From Holophagaceae bacterium (GTDB taxonomy: Bacteria > Acidobacteriota > Holophagae > Holophagales > Holophagaceae), in assembly GCA_009783055.1 (NCBI GenBank), contig WRHW01000075.1, positions 1 to 12,092 of the forward strand: a DNA stretch of 12,092 bases. The letters run 5' to 3'. Within the stretch, counting starts at the first letter, position 1. Every line of letters begins with the position of its first letter. Below the pieces are notes generated by a model that saw only the letters and a program-made list of their open reading frames with translations, ran no database searches and was not told the DNA's origin. A program made the translations under genes and the position numbers. Shown piece after piece: positions 7,429 through 12,092 of this stretch.

Positions 7429-8229
7429 TCAATTGGAGTCTATGGCCACGGCAACCTTTAGATTGAAAACGATGATGGTATTTTCCTTGATTAATACCGG
7501 GATAATGATGTCTGGAAAGCCTTGACTAGCCCCTGTGGGGGCAGTCGTTGTATGTTCGTCTGTTGTGATCGATTTGCTACCATTTGTAAGCGTCAGGTTT
7601 GTCAATTTTAGAGACATAGATGTGCCTCTGGTTTGGTTGCCTGGCACTACGTTTGAAACTACGCCTCTGACGGTAGCTCCCCGTTTTGCGACGGTTTTAC
7701 CACTCGCTACAATGTCTTCATCTAGGACTGCAGAAAACCCCTCGCCTGCCCTAACTCGATTTGTTGAAATGTCAGAAGTGGCTCGTACGAAAATCGAAGT
7801 TCCCTGTGCCAATGTAATGCTGGGGGGTGCAGGTGTGTTAATGTTTTGACTATCGCCAGATGACTTCTTTTCTGTAGTGGTAGCCTTGACATCAGACGGA
7901 TTAATTGGTGCCCCAGTAGCTTGGGTACCCTGTCCCTCATTAACGACTTTTTTGCCGGTTGATTTCCAGGCTAGGTAACCTCCGATTATGCAAACAGCCA
8001 AGATTGAGGCAATAGCGATACCTATCTTTTTGTTTGTTGATTTCTTGGTTGTTTCTATGGGTGAGACTGAAGCCACAAGTGCAGTAGTGCTATAGCCTAC
8101 GCTGGAGCTATCATCACTGGGGTTAGCTGGCATTCGAATTATTGTGTCGCAGTATTCGCAGGTAATCTTTTTATTGTCGTCACATACGAATTGTTCTCCG
8201 CCACATTTTGGACATTTCTCAGTACTCAC
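7429..8229 (-). CDS. Zinc-ribbon / single-TM / extracytoplasmic beta-domain protein (possible NfeD-like partner of the SPFH protein)
   Basis: The N-terminal segment 'CPKCGG-x12-CEYCD' is a CxxC...CxxC ribbon. One TM helix follows ('IGIAIASILAVCIIGGYLAW'), then an S/T/P-rich linker and a ~120-aa beta-rich C-terminal domain. GTG start at 8227-8229 sits 9 nt after SD 'GGAGG' and 22 nt downstream of the previous gene. Confidence 0.6.
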   Translation of the reverse strand: MSTEKCPKCGGEQFVCDDNKKITCEYCDTIIRMPANPSDDSSSVGYSTTALVASVSPIETTKKSTNKKIGIAIASILAVCIIGGYLAWKSTGKKVVNEGQGTQATGAPINPSDVKATTTEKKSSGDSQNINTPAPPSITLAQGTSIFVRATSDISTNRVRAGEGFSAVLDEDIVASGKTVAKRGATVRGVVSNVVPGNQTRGTSMSLKLTNLTLTNGSKSITTDEHTTTAPTGASQGFPDIIIPVLIKENTIIVFNLKVAVAIDSN

Positions 8230-8251
8230 AGCCTATTCCTCCAATACAAAA

Positions 8252-8953
8252 TTATTGTGGTCGCCTCAGTAGGCGGCACTTATTATTCCTTTCAGTAAGT
8301 AATAAAGAAAGTTCGTCTGCTATTTTTCCGATATTTTCCCCATTTGAGGTCACAGCCTGCTTTAGGGAGGCAAATAACTTTTCCATTGCCGTTTCTAGGT
8401 CGGCTAAATCAGCGATACTTATTGGGTCGCTATAACGGACATCCTCCGATAGTTTTTCAACTTTATTTTTTAACACACCATCTGAAATGCGCGGTACCAG
8501 CGATTTCAAATCGACATAGAGGTGATTGATAAACCTTGATTCTGTTACGCTTTTTGTATCTATCTGTTCAATTATCTCGCGCGACCAATCTGCAAAAATA
8601 ATAGCTATCGTGGCATAGGCGAGGACAAGTATGCATGGGATAACTGCAACCCACGCGGGAAGATTAACCACAAGAGAAATAAGCATTATTGTTGCACAAA
8701 TGGCCAATTCAGCTAATAGACAGCGAAAGGCAATAATTACTATTGGGACACCCAAGAAGGCGCGTTTTAGGTTATCGGCTTTGCGAAAAGCAATGGTGTC
8801 AGCGATTAATTGAGCAATTATTGTTAGGACTGAAAAGCCGTAGGCGACCCAAAATGCCCCATTTTTGCGAAATGGTATTACAAAAACCAGTATATTGAAA
8901 ACAATAAAGATAATGGCTAATACTAAACTTCGGCGATTTCTGTATTTTATCAT
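8252..8953 (-). CDS. Integral membrane protein (4 predicted TM helices) with C-terminal cytoplasmic helical domain
   Basis: The 233-aa ORF has four hydrophobic segments in its first ~125 aa and a charged helical tail. Its ATG overlaps the stop of the upstream SPFH gene (ATGA at 8950-8953), which indicates translational coupling. It is preceded by SD 'AAGAAGGG'. Confidence 0.6.
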   Translation of the reverse strand: MIKYRNRRSLVLAIIFIVFNILVFVIPFRKNGAFWVAYGFSVLTIIAQLIADTIAFRKADNLKRAFLGVPIVIIAFRCLLAELAICATIMLISLVVNLPAWVAVIPCILVLAYATIAIIFADWSREIIEQIDTKSVTESRFINHLYVDLKSLVPRISDGVLKNKVEKLSEDVRYSDPISIADLADLETAMEKLFASLKQAVTSNGENIGKIADELSLLLTERNNKCRLLRRPQ

Positions 8954-10824
8954 CCTGTCCCTTCTTTCCGAGTTCCACAGTTATCGCAGAAATTTCCGAC
9001 AATGTTTTTGTTGCCGCATTTACAGTCCCAAGAGGTGGCTTTTTGTGACCCGCAATTTGAGCAGAAATTTTTTGCATTGCCCATTTGCCCGCAGGCACAA
9101 TTCCATGTTTCTGGTGGTGTTGGCTTTTTTCCACCACAATCGGAGCAAAAATTACCCTGAATCCCTTTTTGCCCACAAGCACAGTCCCATAAACCGCCTG
9201 ACAAATTATCGGAGGGAGAAATCGCAGGATTTACTGCGTTCCCAACCATTTTGCCAATATCCGAGGAAGCACCCATCATTGGAGAGAGTGCATCCTTTGT
9301 AAGTCCTATCACTCCGCCAAGGGCACCCAATGTTATTCCAAGGCCTGCGACATCTCCGATGGCTGATCCCATTCCACCGCCGCCACTACCTTCTTTAACG
9401 ATGCCTCCCTTCATGGCTTCCAATCCGATTTGACGTTGCGTTTCCTGGCTGTACGAATATTCTTTCATTTTCATTTCGCGGGCTTCGGCTTCTGCCTGCA
9501 TTAAGTGAGCATCTGCGTCTGCCTGTTTTTCTAAGCGCGTTTTATCTGCTGTTCCACCGGCAACTATTCTTGTAGTATCTGCATTCATCTGAGCTTCGAT
9601 AAGTTTTACCTGTGCTTGAGCGCGCGCAACCTCTGCCTCGGCTTCCAACTCCGCTTTTCTTACCTCCATTGCACGGACTTTTTCAAACTGGGCGGTGTGC
9701 GCTTCTAAAATCTTTTGTAGATTCCCTTTATTATCTGTTGTATCTATGGCCTCAAGATAAAACTCAGATAGGGTCAGGCCATATTCTTCCAGGTCTTTAT
9801 TGAGTCGTATTTGTAACGCACCCGACAATTCATCAAGGTTTTCGTCAATTTCTAGTATGTTGATCTGATTTTCTTTAATGGTTTTTGCCAAATGGGTTTT
9901 TACCCGCGTCATTACCATGGAACGGAAGTAACCCTTAAACTCTTTTGCCCCCTCCCCGTCTTGACGAAGGTCAGACCATATCAACTTATTTTCGGTACCC
10001 ACCAGCTTTAATATCAGTTTCCGTGAATCGCAAACACGCATGTTATATGCGCCACGTGCCCCAATATCCAATGGGAGGCGAGTTGTTGGTTCTAAAAACC
10101 TTACCCTGCTATCAGTGCCCCACTTTATTCCCATTTGCGTTGTGAGGTTTACAAAGTATATTTCTGCATGAAACATCCCCGATGGTTCCACCAAGGAATT
10201 GTAGACATCATTGATCAAAGGGACGCTTTGCGTTTCTAATGTATGTCGCCCAGCGGGAAATAATTCCCTTGCCTGGCCATTGCGAAAGAAAACTGCCTCC
10301 TGGGATTCGTGGACAATTAGCTGTGAACCAATGTTAAAGTCTTCAACCGGATGCTTCCATACAAAAGTATCGTTTTGGCCTTCATACTTAATTACGCTTG
10401 CAAGCCCCGTTTTGGCAATCTTTTTTAGTTGCACTTCTTTTAATACATCAATATTGCCCAATCCGCAGACTGGGCAGGTGTATTCTAATACGTCATCTTT
10501 TACGCTCAGGCTACAGCTACATTGAGGGCAGGCAAAGCTAAGCATGCGAGCAAACATTTGCCCCGTTGTAGTGAGTTTCTTTTTACAAACTGGACACTTT
10601 GCTTTGTCACCTTGACGCTGGTCATAGGCCACCGATTCCCCGCATTCAGAACATTTTAGCGTTACAAGGCTTGCAGAATCGATCACTATGTCACGCTCAC
10701 ATGCGGGGCATTTGAATTTTTTCTTGGCTAAAAAATTAATACCAAATATGCCCTTGGGTGCTTCTACATGCGTATTGCAATGGGGACAATTGAGTGCAAA
10801 TTTTGGTGTTACAAAATCAAGCAT
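8950..10824 (-). CDS. SPFH / Band_7_1 (YdjI-like flotillin-related) protein fused to an N-terminal triple zinc-ribbon array and C-terminal triple tandem zinc ribbons
   Basis: The core 'VIKYEGQNDTFVWKHPVEDFNIGSQLIVHESQEAVFFRNGQARELFPAGRHTLETQSVPL' matches the Band_7_1 / SPFH-like family signature (B. subtilis YdjI type). The N-terminus has three CxxC-x15-25-CxxC ribbons. An Ala/Glu/Gln-rich coiled coil (~res 385-470) is followed by a Gly-rich GxxxG segment. The C-terminus has three 'W[DN]C[AK]CG-x6-NFCxxCG' repeats. SD 'GAAGG' lies upstream of the ATG at 10822-10824. Confidence 0.8.
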   Translation of the reverse strand: MLDFVTPKFALNCPHCNTHVEAPKGIFGINFLAKKKFKCPACERDIVIDSASLVTLKCSECGESVAYDQRQGDKAKCPVCKKKLTTTGQMFARMLSFACPQCSCSLSVKDDVLEYTCPVCGLGNIDVLKEVQLKKIAKTGLASVIKYEGQNDTFVWKHPVEDFNIGSQLIVHESQEAVFFRNGQARELFPAGRHTLETQSVPLINDVYNSLVEPSGMFHAEIYFVNLTTQMGIKWGTDSRVRFLEPTTRLPLDIGARGAYNMRVCDSRKLILKLVGTENKLIWSDLRQDGEGAKEFKGYFRSMVMTRVKTHLAKTIKENQINILEIDENLDELSGALQIRLNKDLEEYGLTLSEFYLEAIDTTDNKGNLQKILEAHTAQFEKVRAMEVRKAELEAEAEVARAQAQVKLIEAQMNADTTRIVAGGTADKTRLEKQADADAHLMQAEAEAREMKMKEYSYSQETQRQIGLEAMKGGIVKEGSGGGGMGSAIGDVAGLGITLGALGGVIGLTKDALSPMMGASSDIGKMVGNAVNPAISPSDNLSGGLWDCACGQKGIQGNFCSDCGGKKPTPPETWNCACGQMGNAKNFCSNCGSQKATSWDCKCGNKNIVGNFCDNCGTRKEGTG

Positions 10825-10975
10825 TGAAAACCTTCATATGTCGACATTAAGCCGTTGTTACGAATTGTCTTGCCTAAGAATTTGGTTTGCTCCGATTTGG
10901 ATTCCAACGACACAGCCACTATGCAAAAAAATAGGTGGCATTGGTGTGGTGGGGTGATTTCAAAATCCGCGATGC

Positions 10976-11005
10976 TCGGCCACGCCAACATCCTGTCGGC
11001 CACGC
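10976..11005. promoter_or_regulatory. Two copies of a 10-bp direct repeat TCGGCCACGC, spaced 20 bp start-to-start, 150-180 bp upstream of the SPFH gene. Candidate operator or promoter element.
   Basis: Read directly from the sequence: copies at 10976-10985 and 10996-11005. It is GC-rich relative to the surrounding AT-rich intergenic DNA. The 20-bp phasing places both copies on the same helical face. Confidence 0.25.
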
Positions 11006-11066
11006 AAAAGTAGCGTACTGCTCAATTTTGACGTAGCTTTGCATCTCCGATGGTTCTAATAACGGT

Positions 11067-12062
11067 TCACTTCTTTGTCATCTTCTCCCACATGCTTCTT
11101 CCTTCCGTTTCATCAATTTGCCTTACCGACATCCCTGGCACTATTTCTAGTCTTTCATTTTTTTTCTTGCCACGGTCGTTTACGACTTTTTCCTTTTGGA
11201 CATTGGCTATTTTGCCTGTAGAGGTAGATGCCGCAACGGTTTCGATAACGATGTAGGCAATTACAGTTTCTTCAACGGCCACGGTCTCACCAGTTATGGG
11301 ATGAACGATGGGATCGTCCTCTCTGATGACCATGTAACGCTGGCCTTTTATAACTCCATCATTGCTACCCATATCAATCATTGCCATATTGTCCTTAACC
11401 TGTACCACTGTGGCTTCTGTGCCAATTCCCATTTTTCTCACAACCCTGGCAATAGCCTCGCGCGTCAATTTTGAGTACAGAGCAGTGTTTACGTAGCGAT
11501 CTCTGACAGGATCCCATGAACTTACAGTGGAGCTTTCCACCCCTTCTGCTTGCTCAATAAAGGCAATTTTGCCATTTTTTACGTCAAGCATTTTTATGTT
11601 TATTAGAACCGATGTTTTTCTGGTCAACGAGCTAGCCGTGTTTCTCGATGAATTTTTGCTCAAGGCATTAGAAAGAAGCGAAGTCGAAGTTTCGCGAGCT
11701 TCTTCGCTAACTTCCAGCACTTTGCCCATCACTACATAATCAACGCCGGCTATTTTGCCCATCTCCGCGGCGACATCATCCGTAATGCCTGCCATACCTT
11801 GCGCTACCTGCTCTATCACCTTATTCATCTGTGCTTGTTCAACGAGCTCATATTTTTTACTTTTCAACAGTTCGTAGCTTAGTATGTCCACAAGGCCCCT
11901 GCTAAAGGCACTATCGCTGACCTGCGAGTTGTTTTCGAAGGCTACCACGCCAATGCGTTCTTTGGGGCGCTCCTGGGCGACCGCGGAAGGCGAAAAGCCA
12001 AAAACGGCGAGTGATAGTACTGCCAGTTTTAGACTGAGCAAGTGTCTGAGGTTGAGATTCAT
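11067..12062 (-). CDS. CsgG-family-like periplasmic protein (curli-assembly/transport-component-like N-domain), SPI-type signal peptide
   Basis: The segment 'KERIGVVAFENNS...GLVDILSYELLKSKKYELVEQAQMNKVIEQ...GVDYVVMGKV' follows the CsgG-family pattern (xxIAVlpFen...L...L.ksgrfxvveR..l..vl.Eq...GAdyvv.G.v). The signal peptide 'MNLNLRHLLSLKLAVLSLAVFGFSPSAVA|QE' has no lipobox Cys. I chose the second in-frame ATG (12060-12062) because it is preceded by purine-rich 'AAAGGAAAGAAG'. The ORF-track start at 12077 has no SD. The window ends 15 nt further on. Confidence 0.6.
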   Translation of the reverse strand: MNLNLRHLLSLKLAVLSLAVFGFSPSAVAQERPKERIGVVAFENNSQVSDSAFSRGLVDILSYELLKSKKYELVEQAQMNKVIEQVAQGMAGITDDVAAEMGKIAGVDYVVMGKVLEVSEEARETSTSLLSNALSKNSSRNTASSLTRKTSVLINIKMLDVKNGKIAFIEQAEGVESSTVSSWDPVRDRYVNTALYSKLTREAIARVVRKMGIGTEATVVQVKDNMAMIDMGSNDGVIKGQRYMVIREDDPIVHPITGETVAVEETVIAYIVIETVAASTSTGKIANVQKEKVVNDRGKKKNERLEIVPGMSVRQIDETEGRSMWEKMTKK

Positions 12063-12092
12063 CTTCTTTCCTTTCATGGAATTAGGTGGTTA

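Noticed and set aside
10809-11003. 64-aa minus-strand ORF overlapping the SPFH start and the intergenic direct repeats
   Set aside because: It overlaps the start of the well-supported SPFH gene in another frame. It has no SD, and its length comes from the GC-rich repeat region. It is treated as spurious.
1-12092. CRISPR arrays, tRNA/rRNA genes, transposases/integrases
   Set aside because: There are no regularly spaced direct repeats, no tRNA-like cloverleaf or T-loop motifs in the ORF-free regions, and no ORF with transposase or integrase motifs.

Overview
This window appears to be a chromosomal segment from a diderm (Gram-negative-type) bacterium. Every convincing gene is on the minus strand, and Shine-Dalgarno use is strong (AGGAGG / AAGGAG / GGAGG 6-9 nt upstream of starts). 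Several genes use non-ATG starts (TTG, GTG). From left to right the window holds nine items. (1) A housekeeping-like block: an HD-domain phosphohydrolase, the radical-SAM 7-carboxy-7-deazaguanine synthase QueE, a secreted DUF2911/TPR-like protein, and an MBL-fold metallo-hydrolase. (2) A TM2-domain membrane protein. (3) A 61-aa membrane peptide. (4) An 813-aa surface lipoprotein built from Listeria-Bacteroides / InlB-B-type repeats, with a central Ser/Thr-rich amphipathic beta-hairpin region that resembles aerolysin-family pore-forming modules. (5) A small outer-membrane beta-barrel. (6) A tightly packed, translationally coupled three-gene module. Its first gene is a 624-aa YdjI-like SPFH (Band_7_1) protein with three N-terminal zinc ribbons, a coiled coil, a glycine zipper and three tandem C-terminal 'WxCxCG-x6-NFCxxCG' zinc ribbons. 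Its second gene is a 4-TM membrane protein. Its third gene is a zinc-ribbon/TM/OB-like protein. (7) A CsgG-like periplasmic protein. (8) Two intergenic, near-perfect hairpin palindromes that share a TCATACCAAGNTGC core with compensatory arm changes, which suggests a dispersed REP-like element family. (9) A 10-bp direct repeat with 20-bp phasing upstream of the SPFH module. No rRNA, tRNA, CRISPR array or transposase is visible. The SPFH/zinc-ribbon module, together with the downstream surface-lipoprotein genes, is the most likely candidate for an uncharacterised membrane/envelope system.
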